Assembly: GCA_001784555.1 (NCBI GenBank)
Contig: MFRM01000003.1
Span: 65,606 to 129,605, forward strand
DNA: 64,000 nt
Reading direction: 5' to 3'
DNA from: Candidatus Melainabacteria bacterium RIFCSPHIGHO2_02_FULL_34_12
Lineage (GTDB): Bacteria > Cyanobacteriota > Vampirovibrionia > 2-02-FULL-35-15
The first letter of the stretch is position 1; every line of letters starts with the position of its first letter. Positions 1-8,169 of the stretch are shown here, one piece after another. The notes beneath the pieces are model-generated. The model was not told where the DNA came from and searched no databases. It saw only the letters and a list, made by a program, of their open reading frames with translations. The position numbers were made by a program, and so were the translations under genes.

Positions 1-1
1 T

Positions 2-433
2 GGAACTACTACTGGACGTCCAAGAAGAGTTGGATGGCTTGATCTCGTTCTTCTTAGATATGCGGTGAGAGTAAATGGACTAGACTGTCTGGCACTTACA
101 AAAATAGATGTTCTGGATAATTTAGATGAAATAAATATTTGTGTGGCTTATGAAGATTCATTAACCGGCGCAAAATATTATGATCTTCCACTGGCTAGTG
201 GAATATTTAAAAGAGTAAAACCCATATATGAAACTTTAAAAGGTTGGAAAACATCTACAAATAAATGCAGAGCAAGTAATGAGCTTGCTCCAAATGCCCA
301 AAAATACATGGACAGAATACAGGAGATTTTAGAAATTCCAATTGCAATAGTAAGTGTCGGACATAAGAGGCACCATACTATAATTATTGAGGATCCTATT
401 CACGGACCAAAAAGAGTTCTGCAAAAGGGATAA
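2..433 (+). CDS. purA: adenylosuccinate synthetase, 3' part (gene starts before the window)
   Basis: Frame from nt 2 reads [14 protein letters not shown]...[10 protein letters not shown]...IVSVG, the conserved PurA C-terminal motifs. Confidence 0.97.
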   Translation, partial: GTTTGRPRRVGWLDLVLLRYAVRVNGLDCLALTKIDVLDNLDEINICVAYEDSLTGAKYYDLPLASGIFKRVKPIYETLKGWKTSTNKCRASNELAPNAQKYMDRIQEILEIPIAIVSVGHKRHHTIIIEDPIHGPKRVLQKG

Positions 434-440
434 ATTAAGT

Positions 441-1757
441 ATGGACGACCCGGCGTATCGGCGTATCGGCGTATCGGCGAAAAAGAAATTTGCTGATTCG
501 ACTATCCAATATAAATCCCCTGATCACGCAGCTGTTCGAACACAGGAATATTTATATAATCAATTATTTCCGTATATTGGGAATAAACGAAAATTATTGC
601 CATTAATTTTTGAAGCAATATTAAAAACAGAAATAACAAAAGGACTTTTTGTAGATTTTTTTTCCGGAAGCGGTGTAGTCTCACGACTTACAAAAAAAAT
701 CGGCTTTCAGGTTATTGCAAATGACTGGGAGCCGTATTCTTATTTTTATAATCATGCATATATAGAACAAAACGAATATCCTGCCTTTGAAAAACTTGGC
801 GGAATAAAAAAAGTTTATGAATATTTAAATAACCTTGAAGGTATTCACGGATATATAAGTAAGTTTTATTGTCCGTGGAATGATAAAAAACCAGACATAA
901 AAAGAGAAAGAATGTTTTTTACTCATAAGAACGGAATGAAAATTGATGTGATTAGGGAAAAAATAGAAGAATGGGAAAGCAAAGGAAAAATAAACTTAAA
1001 AGAAAAATCCATACTTCTTTCTTCACTTATTTATAGTGCCAGCTATGTAAGCAATACCAGTGGTGTCTTTAAAGGTTTTCATAACGGCTGGGGTGGAAAA
1101 ACAGGGACAGCTTTGTATAGAATATTAAGCGATATTAAATTGGTTCCTCCAATTCTTTTTAATAATAACCAAAAGAACAAGGTTTATCAAAGTGATTCAC
1201 AGAACCTTGCAGAATCGTTTTGTAGAGACGAGGTTACCTCGCCTCTACAAAAAAACAAAATAAATATTGCATATCTTGATCCGCCTTATAATCAGCATCC
1301 TTACGGAAGTAATTACCATGTACTAAATACAATTGCTCTATGGGACAAGCCGAAAATAAACAAATCGATTTTAGTAAATGGTAAAAAAACAAATAAAAGT
1401 GCCATAAGAACTGACTGGAGAACTGAAAGAAGATCAGCATATAACTACAAAAACGAAGCTACAAATGCACTTGAAAAACTGATTACAACAATAGATTCTG
1501 ATCATATTTTAATGAGTTATAGTACAGACGGAATTATTGATCTTAAAGATGTATTAAATATTTTTGCAAGTAATGGAAAACTTTCCATGGTTACAAAAAA
1601 CTATAAACGTTACAGGGTAAGCACACCACGTATGTCTGAAAAACCTTATAACGTAGAGGTCGTTTTTATTCTGGATAAAAATAAAACAAGTTCAAGAGGT
1701 ATTATAAAAAAACTTTTAGGTGAAATTAAAGAACAGGATAAGTGGCTTAGTATGTAG
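441..1757 (+). CDS. D12-class N6-adenine DNA methyltransferase, no neighbouring endonuclease
   Basis: YIGNKRKL, DFFSGSG (SAM motif I) near the N-terminus and YLDPPY (motif IV) near the C-terminus. ATG 441 preferred over TTG 387, which overlaps purA. Confidence 0.88.
   Translation: MDDPAYRRIGVSAKKKFADSTIQYKSPDHAAVRTQEYLYNQLFPYIGNKRKLLPLIFEAILKTEITKGLFVDFFSGSGVVSRLTKKIGFQVIANDWEPYSYFYNHAYIEQNEYPAFEKLGGIKKVYEYLNNLEGIHGYISKFYCPWNDKKPDIKRERMFFTHKNGMKIDVIREKIEEWESKGKINLKEKSILLSSLIYSASYVSNTSGVFKGFHNGWGGKTGTALYRILSDIKLVPPILFNNNQKNKVYQSDSQNLAESFCRDEVTSPLQKNKINIAYLDPPYNQHPYGSNYHVLNTIALWDKPKINKSILVNGKKTNKSAIRTDWRTERRSAYNYKNEATNALEKLITTIDSDHILMSYSTDGIIDLKDVLNIFASNGKLSMVTKNYKRYRVSTPRMSEKPYNVEVVFILDKNKTSSRGIIKKLLGEIKEQDKWLSM
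451..480. repeat. octamer tandem repeat (CGGCGTAT)x3 + CGGCGA in the methyltransferase 5' end
   Basis: cggcgtat cggcgtat cggcgtat cggcga read directly. Confidence 0.9.
1221..1249. repeat. family A REP-like palindrome, in-frame in the methyltransferase (CRDEVTSPLQ)
   Basis: tgtagagacgaggttacctcgcctctaca; differs at two positions from the dapA copy at 33550. Confidence 0.92.
1734..1749. repeat. 16-bp direct repeat, left copy (CAGGATAAGTGGCTTA)
   Basis: Identical to 2341-2356; the pair brackets the ORF6N gene. Confidence 0.9.
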
Positions 1758-1832
1758 TTTTCGTTATGTTCTTGATACCCTAGGTTACATTCGATTTGAC
1801 AAGACTTTCTCTTATGTTTGAATATCTGACAT

Positions 1833-2336
1833 ATGTCAAAGCTAATCTTAATATCAGAAGGAATAGAAAACAAAATATATTTTATAAGGGGGGTGAAAGT
1901 CTTGCTGGATGAAGATTTGGCAAAGATGTATCAAGTCTCAACAAAAAGACTAAATGAACAAGTAAAAAGGAATAAAAAGAGATTTCCTAAAGATTTTATG
2001 TTTCAACTCACGTTTGAAGAAATTGAAAACTTGAGGTCGCAAATTGCGACCTCAAAAGGTGGTAGAAGATATTTGCCTTATGCTTTTACCGAACAAGGTG
2101 TAGCAATGCTTTCAGGAGTGTTAAATAGTAAAAGAGCTGTTCTAGTAAATATAGAAATCATGAGAGCTTTTGTAAGATTAAGAAAAGTGATTTCTCAGAA
2201 TAAAGAATTAGCAAAGAAAATTGAAGAGCTTGAAGGTAAGTATGAAAAACATGACATGGATATACAAGGCATTTTCAATGCAATACATAAAATACTAACT
2301 ATAGAGGAAAGACCAAAGAGAAAAGTAGGTTTTTAA
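1833..2336 (+). CDS. ORF6N/KilA-N-like DNA-binding domain protein
   Basis: IRGVKVLLDEDLAKMYQVSTKRLNEQVKRN..RFPKDFMFQLT..LRSQIATS..GGRRYLPYAFTEQGVAMLS is the typical ORF6N signature. Confidence 0.92.
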   Translation: MSKLILISEGIENKIYFIRGVKVLLDEDLAKMYQVSTKRLNEQVKRNKKRFPKDFMFQLTFEEIENLRSQIATSKGGRRYLPYAFTEQGVAMLSGVLNSKRAVLVNIEIMRAFVRLRKVISQNKELAKKIEELEGKYEKHDMDIQGIFNAIHKILTIEERPKRKVGF

Positions 2337-2340
2337 AAAG

Positions 2341-2356
2341 CAGGATAAGTGGCTTA
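2341..2356. repeat. 16-bp direct repeat, right copy
   Basis: caggataagtggctta identical to 1734-1749. Confidence 0.9.
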
Positions 2357-2357
2357 C

Positions 2358-2762
2358 TTAAAACGGCGTCTCAGAAACTGTTTGTGTCTGAGGAACAGCA
2401 CTTGAATTATTGTCTCGTTTGCTTCCGAGAAGTCTGATGTTATCAGCTACAACTACAGGTCTCACCATTTGTTCGCCTGTTTCTTTATGTGCCCAGCTGT
2501 CCCATCTGATTTTTCCTTCTATACCAACAAGTGAGCCTTTTTTTACGTACTCACCTGCAATTTCTGCTGACTTTCCCCATATCTCAATATCAAACCAGTC
2601 TGTCTGTGAGTCTTTCACAGGACGGTTTACTGCCATGGTAAAAGTAGTAACTACTTTACCGGATTCAAAATATCTCATTTCTGGATCTTTCCCTGCACGT
2701 CCGACTAAAACTATATGATTTATATCAACCTGTGGTCTTGCATTGTTAGTTTGCATATTCAT
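2358..2762 (-). CDS. ssb: single-stranded DNA-binding protein
   Basis: INHIVLVGRAGKDPEMRYFESG (cyanobacterial-type SSB), C-terminal PF. Start 2762 or 2756 after AAGGGG; the longer ORF start lies inside a palindrome. Confidence 0.95.
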   Translation of the reverse strand: MNMQTNNARPQVDINHIVLVGRAGKDPEMRYFESGKVVTTFTMAVNRPVKDSQTDWFDIEIWGKSAEIAGEYVKKGSLVGIEGKIRWDSWAHKETGEQMVRPVVVADNIRLLGSKRDNNSSAVPQTQTVSETPF

Positions 2763-2769
2763 CCCCTTT

Positions 2770-2797
2770 GTTGGGGCATGCCATGGCATGCCCTTAT
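2770..2797. repeat. family A palindrome, intergenic (ABC1 kinase/ssb)
   Basis: gttggggcatgccatggcatgcccttat. Confidence 0.85.
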
Positions 2798-2803
2798 ACT
2801 TTT

Positions 2804-4627
2804 TTATTCTACCACTTTACCTTTTAAATATGCCCAGCCAGCAAGGGAAAAAGAAGCAAATACTGAAAAAATTAAAATGGTAAAACCTGTAAGGCTTATA
2901 ATCGGGTCTGTCTTTTCTACCATTATTCTTCCTATAAAAACTAGACAAAAAACAAAAATAATTCCGTAAGATAATTTTGACTTCAGATAAAATTTCGTGG
3001 CCTCTGCTTTAAGAAACTTTTTTTCGCGAATTTCTTTTTTTATTTCTGTGTTATTTATGTTTTCTTTATTTGTTCCTGTTTCATTCAAGTGTTTTCCGTT
3101 CTTTTTTTCAATCTCATTTACATATCTGGGAAGCGATCTAATTACGGCAGAATATGCTTTTATTTTTCCAACAAACTTATTTTCCTCAGGAAAAAGATAC
3201 TTCAAATAAAACCATTTTGACTTAGGAAGCTTGTCTTTAAGCCAGTTCTGCAGATATGGTTTAGTAACTGAAATTAGACTAAAATCAGGATCCAGTGTTC
3301 TGCAAACTCCTTCCAGAGTACCTGTCATTCGTAATGTATAAGTAAATTTACTGGGTAATTTCATGGGCTTTTCGTCAATAAGAATTTTTAAATCATCCTC
3401 AATATCGCTTACATTTAGAGAATTTAACTTTGTACCTTCATAATATTTATAAGCTGCTTTTTCAATAACTCTTTTTAAAGGCTGAAGATCAGAGCCTGAT
3501 TTTAAAAGATCAAGTTCTTTTAAAGTATCTAACAAAGCATCAGTATCATTCCTTACTATATTTATAAGAACATTTGCCAGTTCTTCCCTTACATTTTCAC
3601 TAATCCTTCCAACCATTCCAAAGTCATAAAAAACAATAGTCCCATCATCCTTTACAACAATATTGCCAGGATGCGGATCAGCATGATAAAAACCATCTTT
3701 AAAAAACTGCTTAAAGTAAGCATTTACTAGAATCTTCGCTAGTTCTTTTGGATTATGATTTTTATTTTTAAGTGAAGCAATATCAGTGATTTTTATACCT
3801 GGTACATATTCAATCGTTAAAACTTTTTTAGTAGTATGATGCCAAAAAACTCTCGGTATATAAATTCTTTCTTCATGTTTTAAATTTCTTCTAAAGTGAT
3901 CTGCATTTTTCCCTTCCTGGATAAAATCTATTTCTTCAAAAAGCGTTCTCCCAATCTCATCTATAATCTGAACCCATTCTCTGCCTTTCCCGATTTTTGT
4001 ATATCTTTCAAGAAAAGTAGCAAGGCACCGTATAATAGCCAGATCACGGTAAAACAAAATATTTAAATCGGGTCTTTGTACTTTTACAACAATCTTTGCC
4101 CCGTTAATTAATTCTCCTTTATATACCTGACCAATACTTGCAGAAGCAATTGGCTCTTCATCAAAGGATTTAAAAATCATATTAAGTGGTTTTCTGAGTT
4201 CTTTTTCTAGAAATGGCTTTATCTCAGAAAATGGAATTGGCGGCAATGAATCCTGCAGTTCAGAAAGTACACCTATAAACTCTTCAGGAATAATATCCGG
4301 TCGGCTCGATAAAAATTGTCCGATTTTAATAAATGTAGGACCCAGCTCAAGAAAAGCTTCTTTTAAATGGACAGGACTTCCGGGATCTTTTTTTAATATT
4401 TTCCTAAAAAGTCTAAAAAATACTTTTGTTATTTTTCTAAATCTGGGATCTCTTAAACAATAATAACTAAGCAAAAATGACTCATGGGTAAATGTAAAAA
4501 TATTTCCATTAAAAACAATGTTTCTTTCCGGAAGTTTGTATCTTTCCTGTACCAATTTTTTGTCATACCAGAGGCGACTTTTAAAGCCATTGTTTATTGA
4601 TACTTTTTTTTCAAGTACACTTGTCAA
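2804..4627 (-). CDS. ABC1/AarF/UbiB family atypical kinase
   Basis: ELGPTFIKIGQFLSSRPD, IASASIGQVY, VKVQRP, GFYHADPHPGN, DFGMVG; two C-terminal TM segments. Confidence 0.93.
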   Translation of the reverse strand: MTSVLEKKVSINNGFKSRLWYDKKLVQERYKLPERNIVFNGNIFTFTHESFLLSYYCLRDPRFRKITKVFFRLFRKILKKDPGSPVHLKEAFLELGPTFIKIGQFLSSRPDIIPEEFIGVLSELQDSLPPIPFSEIKPFLEKELRKPLNMIFKSFDEEPIASASIGQVYKGELINGAKIVVKVQRPDLNILFYRDLAIIRCLATFLERYTKIGKGREWVQIIDEIGRTLFEEIDFIQEGKNADHFRRNLKHEERIYIPRVFWHHTTKKVLTIEYVPGIKITDIASLKNKNHNPKELAKILVNAYFKQFFKDGFYHADPHPGNIVVKDDGTIVFYDFGMVGRISENVREELANVLINIVRNDTDALLDTLKELDLLKSGSDLQPLKRVIEKAAYKYYEGTKLNSLNVSDIEDDLKILIDEKPMKLPSKFTYTLRMTGTLEGVCRTLDPDFSLISVTKPYLQNWLKDKLPKSKWFYLKYLFPEENKFVGKIKAYSAVIRSLPRYVNEIEKKNGKHLNETGTNKENINNTEIKKEIREKKFLKAEATKFYLKSKLSYGIIFVFCLVFIGRIMVEKTDPIISLTGFTILIFSVFASFSLAGWAYLKGKVVE

Positions 4628-4631
4628 TTTC

Positions 4632-5027
4632 TTACCGTTTTTGCAAATTAATTTGTGATTTTAAATCTGCAAGCTCTGCACGCAAGCTTGCAATTTCTGC
4701 CCTTATGTCATTTAATTCCATTGAATCAAGCAAAGCGTTATTTGTAAGTTCAGTTAATTTGTCTTTTATGAAACCCTTTACCTGAATTTCACTTATTTGA
4801 GCCCTGTGACTTATTTCACTAAGCACCTGAAATAATTCTTCTTTTGCTTTTTCTTTTATTTTTGCTTGCGGTTGATCTTTACTTTCATTAGCTTTAGGAG
4901 ACCCAGCATTATCTTTAAAGTTTTTTACCTGCAAAGCAAGATCACATGCCCTTGACTCAAGTTTTTCCTTAATTACATCAACAGCAGCTTTTGCAGTAAG
5001 TAACAGTTTTGTAAAATCTTTTAACAT
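4632..5027 (-). CDS. hypothetical coiled-coil protein directly upstream of the ABC1 kinase
   Basis: 131-aa ORF ending 4 bp before the kinase start; helical heptad C-terminus. Confidence 0.7.
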   Translation of the reverse strand: MLKDFTKLLLTAKAAVDVIKEKLESRACDLALQVKNFKDNAGSPKANESKDQPQAKIKEKAKEELFQVLSEISHRAQISEIQVKGFIKDKLTELTNNALLDSMELNDIRAEIASLRAELADLKSQINLQKR

Positions 5028-5093
5028 GGTTTAATTATCGCATAAATGAACTTCTTGACCTTTAAACCTCTTAACATCTAAACTTAAAAAGTC

Positions 5094-6026
5094 ATGACAG
5101 GGGAAAATTCAAAAAAAAGTTTAATCTGGGTTTATCCACCAAATAAATGGATTTCGAATTGCAATAAGACATTTGTTTACGGGTGGACAAAACCAGGATG
5201 TAGGTTATATGCAGTCTGTAAAGGCAAAATTAAAAAGATAAAAGTATTTCCAAATGGAAACTTTGCACAAAAAATAAAACTACCACAGAAAAAAAATATT
5301 GTTCAGTTAGTTCAGGTGTTAAACGGAAAAGAAAAAACAATAACAAGATGTGTCATTGCGAGGGAGCAAAGCGACCGAAGCAATCCCGATCGATTTTCGC
5401 GAGGTAGATCGGGATTGCTTCGTCGGCACTTTGTGCCTCCTCGCAATGACATGGTCATCGTCATCGATCCCGGTCATGGTGGCAAAGAACATGGTACACA
5501 CTCACCAAAGGGTGTTCCTGAAAAAGTTTATAATTTACAAATTGCAAAAAACCTCGTACAGGCATTGCACACAACACCCCAACAATGGAAAATTTACCTC
5601 ACTCGTTCTACGGATAAATTTGTCTCTTTAAAAGATCGTGTCCGTTTTGCAAAAAATAAAAAATGTAATTTATTAATCTCAATTCACCACAATGCACTTC
5701 CAGACAATGAAGATCCACTTAAGCATAGAGGAGTCGGGATTTATTACACACATGATTTTGTAAAACCACTTGGAAAATCACTACTAGAAAGTATTTCAAA
5801 ATCTGTAAGGGCACGCCATGGCACGCCCTTACAAAAATACGGTTTGTATAAAAGAGATTTCGCACTTACAAAACCTGACTTTTGTCATGCAGTGTTAATT
5901 GAATGTGGATTTTTAATTCATCCGGTAGAAGGAGAAATTATTACACAAAAAAATACACAGAAAAAAATTGTAACCGGTGTAAAAAAAGCCTTATTTACTT
6001 TTTACCGTCGACAACCACTTAAGTGA
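5094..6026 (+). CDS. N-acetylmuramoyl-L-alanine amidase (Amidase_3) carrying three repeat-derived segments
   Basis: IDPGHGG, EK, SIHHNA and LIECGF zinc/catalytic motifs. Confidence 0.9.
   Translation: MTGENSKKSLIWVYPPNKWISNCNKTFVYGWTKPGCRLYAVCKGKIKKIKVFPNGNFAQKIKLPQKKNIVQLVQVLNGKEKTITRCVIAREQSDRSNPDRFSRGRSGLLRRHFVPPRNDMVIVIDPGHGGKEHGTHSPKGVPEKVYNLQIAKNLVQALHTTPQQWKIYLTRSTDKFVSLKDRVRFAKNKKCNLLISIHHNALPDNEDPLKHRGVGIYYTHDFVKPLGKSLLESISKSVRARHGTPLQKYGLYKRDFALTKPDFCHAVLIECGFLIHPVEGEIITQKNTQKKIVTGVKKALFTFYRRQPLK
5351..5451. mobile_element. family B 101-bp MITE-like element, in-frame in the amidase
   Basis: Terminal inverted repeats TGTCATTGCGAG / CTCGCAATGACA and inner pair GAAGCAATCCCGATC / GATCGGGATTGCTTC. 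Confidence 0.9.
5556..5584. repeat. degenerate family A copy in the amidase (VQALHTTPQQ)
   Basis: gtacaggcattgcacacaacaccccaaca aligns with gtagaggcgttgcgcgcaacgcctctac (32301), mostly by G>A changes. Confidence 0.6.
5804..5833. repeat. family A palindrome in the amidase (VRARHGTPLQ)
   Basis: tgtaagggcacgccatggcacgcccttaca. Confidence 0.88.
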
Positions 6027-6638
6027 ATAATGAATTAAAGTTTCAGAATCATCATGGTTTCCATTAGTTTTTGCAGTTTCAAAAGCTTGGCTTATTTCAT
6101 GTCCTGAATATCCAAGAGCTTGTAAAACAGAGCGAGCTTCATTGTGGAATTCACCGGTTCGTCCATTCGCCGTTTCACCATTCCGTTTATTTCCGGAATA
6201 TGCAATGGGTAAATGTTTCCAGTTTTTAATTTTTTCTTTTAGTTCTAGAATTAATCTGCTTGCGGTTTTTGTCCCTATTCCTTGTGCTTTGCTTAAAGCT
6301 GCAATATCTTCATTTAATATTGAATAAGTAATTTCACTTACAGTAAAACTGTTTAAAATATTTAAAGCTGTTTTTGGACCAACTCCAGATACACTAAAAA
6401 GTAAATTAAACAATTCTCTTTCAAGCAATGTAGGAAAACCAATCAAAGTCATCTGATCTTCTTTATGAATTAATGTTGTATAGACTGTTGTAGTGCTTCC
6501 GACCTTACCTAATAACTCAAGGGCAGAAAGACTGGTTTGTACTTCATAACCAATTCCATTAACATCCAGAATCACTTTTTCAGAGCCCTGAGGTTCTGTT
6601 ATTTTTTCTGTAATTATTCCTCTTAAGAACTGGTACAT
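5991..6638 (-). CDS. ruvA: Holliday junction branch migration protein RuvA
   Basis: LDVNGIGYEV, LIGF..LERELFNLLFSVSGVGPKTAL, GIGTKTASRLILELKEK. Confidence 0.97.
   Translation of the reverse strand: MYQFLRGIITEKITEPQGSEKVILDVNGIGYEVQTSLSALELLGKVGSTTTVYTTLIHKEDQMTLIGFPTLLERELFNLLFSVSGVGPKTALNILNSFTVSEITYSILNEDIAALSKAQGIGTKTASRLILELKEKIKNWKHLPIAYSGNKRNGETANGRTGEFHNEARSVLQALGYSGHEISQAFETAKTNGNHDDSETLIHYSLKWLSTVKSK
6151..6186. repeat. degenerate 8-bp periodic repeat in the RuvA linker (RNGETANGRTGE)
   Basis: tcaccggt tcgtccat tcgccgtt tcaccatt; its reverse complement resembles the CGGCGWAW octamer. Confidence 0.55.
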
Positions 6639-6751
6639 TTTTCACTCACTGGTATAATTAAAATTATAATTAGGAAGTTTAACATTCTTAGGCCAAATGA
6701 AGAACGGCCATAACGAAATAAAAAGTAAAATGAAAGGAAAATGATCATCAA

Positions 6752-7075
6752 ATGGCAAACGTAGGTGAAGTAACAGACGCAACTTTTGAAGCAGAAGTTC
6801 TTAAGGCAAAGTTGCCGGTATTGGTGGATTTCTGGGCACCTTGGTGCGGGCCCTGTAGAGCAGTTGCACCGGTAGTTGAAGAAATAGCTAATGAATACGA
6901 CGGAAAACTTAAAGTTTTAAAGTTAAATACCGATGAAAACCCCAGAACAGCCCAATCTTACAGAATTAGTGGCATTCCAAGCTTAATGGTTTTTAAAAAC
7001 GGTCAACCTGTGGAACAAGTAGTAGGCGCAGTTCCAAAATCTACCCTTTCCTCAGCCGTTGAAAAGCATATCTAA
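6752..7075 (+). CDS. trxA: thioredoxin
   Basis: [10 protein letters not shown] active site. Confidence 0.97.
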   Translation: MANVGEVTDATFEAEVLKAKLPVLVDFWAPWCGPCRAVAPVVEEIANEYDGKLKVLKLNTDENPRTAQSYRISGIPSLMVFKNGQPVEQVVGAVPKSTLSSAVEKHI

Positions 7076-7153
7076 AAGTAATTCATTAAAATGAACAAAA
7101 ATATCGTAGTTACTTCTTTAATAAAAGAAACTCATTCGGTTAGGCAGAAATAG

Positions 7154-8167
7154 ATGTCAAAAACTCACCATACTTCTGAAGATCATAAAGCAAAAAATAA
7201 ACAAAGACTTAAAAACATATTAAGATTTTTAATTAGCATCATAGCCATATTTTGTCTGATAAAGTTTGGAAAAGTTGATATAAGAGTTGCTTTTAAATAT
7301 CTGCTAAAAGTTAATCCTGTTTATTTTACTCTTGCATATACAATGTATTTTATAACCATGTTAATAGCAGGTTTTAGATTTTATTTTTCTTCAAAAGCAC
7401 TCCATTTCCAAAAAAGTTATTTTCAATTGGTTCAGTTAAATTTTGTAGGAACATTTTTTAATAATTTTTTGCCTACGACTTTCGGCGGCGATGCACTAAG
7501 AAGCTATTACCTTAAGCGGGGCTCACACATAAGTATTTCAAAGGCCGTTGCATGCATAATTTATGAACGATATACAGGAGTAGTAATTTTATTCTGGCTG
7601 GCATCAGTTGCATTTCTGCTTCAGGATTTTGGAATTATTAGTAAATCAGAATGGGAATTGCCCCGTCAATTAGTTTTGTTTTCACATGCAAGTTCTTTAG
7701 TAACTATTTTTTTAATACCTTTTCTGCCTCAGATTACAAATACACTTCTCGGCAAAACAAACTGGATTTATAAAAAAGCGGTTGAACCGTTTCTTGTATA
7801 TTGGCACGATGTAAAATTAACTGTAAGAATACTTATCTTATCTGTTTGTTTACAAATTACTGTTATGCTTGCTCATTTACTTATTGCACTTTCACTAGGT
7901 ATTAAAATACCGCTTAGCTATTATCTGGTTTTTTATCCGCTTACTACCATTGCAGGCTTTTTAATACCTAGCTTAAACGGGCTTGGCATAAGAGAAGGTT
8001 CATATATATTTTTTCTGAAACATGTAAAAGTCCCCACAGAGCAGGGACTTGCATTTAGTATTTGCTGGCTTATTGTTTTGTTAATTACAAGCTTAATAGG
8101 AAGCATTATATATATGGTCGGTGATTTTAGAAAGGATAAACCTGTTGATATAGAACAAATAAATTGA
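7154..8167 (+). CDS. lysylphosphatidylglycerol synthase TM / UPF0104 flippase-like membrane protein
   Basis: FFNNFLPTTFGGDALR and PSLNGLGIREG motifs; multiple TM helices. Confidence 0.85.
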   Translation: MSKTHHTSEDHKAKNKQRLKNILRFLISIIAIFCLIKFGKVDIRVAFKYLLKVNPVYFTLAYTMYFITMLIAGFRFYFSSKALHFQKSYFQLVQLNFVGTFFNNFLPTTFGGDALRSYYLKRGSHISISKAVACIIYERYTGVVILFWLASVAFLLQDFGIISKSEWELPRQLVLFSHASSLVTIFLIPFLPQITNTLLGKTNWIYKKAVEPFLVYWHDVKLTVRILILSVCLQITVMLAHLLIALSLGIKIPLSYYLVFYPLTTIAGFLIPSLNGLGIREGSYIFFLKHVKVPTEQGLAFSICWLIVLLITSLIGSIIYMVGDFRKDKPVDIEQIN

Positions 8168-8169
8168 AC

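Noticed and set aside
387-440. TTG-initiated N-terminal extension of the methyltransferase
   Set aside because: Overlaps the purA 3' end by 47 bp; ATG 441 follows the purA stop closely and is more plausible.
441-2762. Prophage or restriction-modification island (methyltransferase, ORF6N, ssb)
   Set aside because: No integrase, structural or endonuclease genes; ssb looks like the host cyanobacterial-type gene.
4668-4692. Inverted repeat tgcaagct...agcttgca
   Set aside because: Short stem, no GTAG ends, explained by common Ala/Leu codons.
5319-5631. ORFs 5319-5501 (-) and 5350-5631 (+)
   Set aside because: Alternative-frame readings of the family B element inside the amidase gene.
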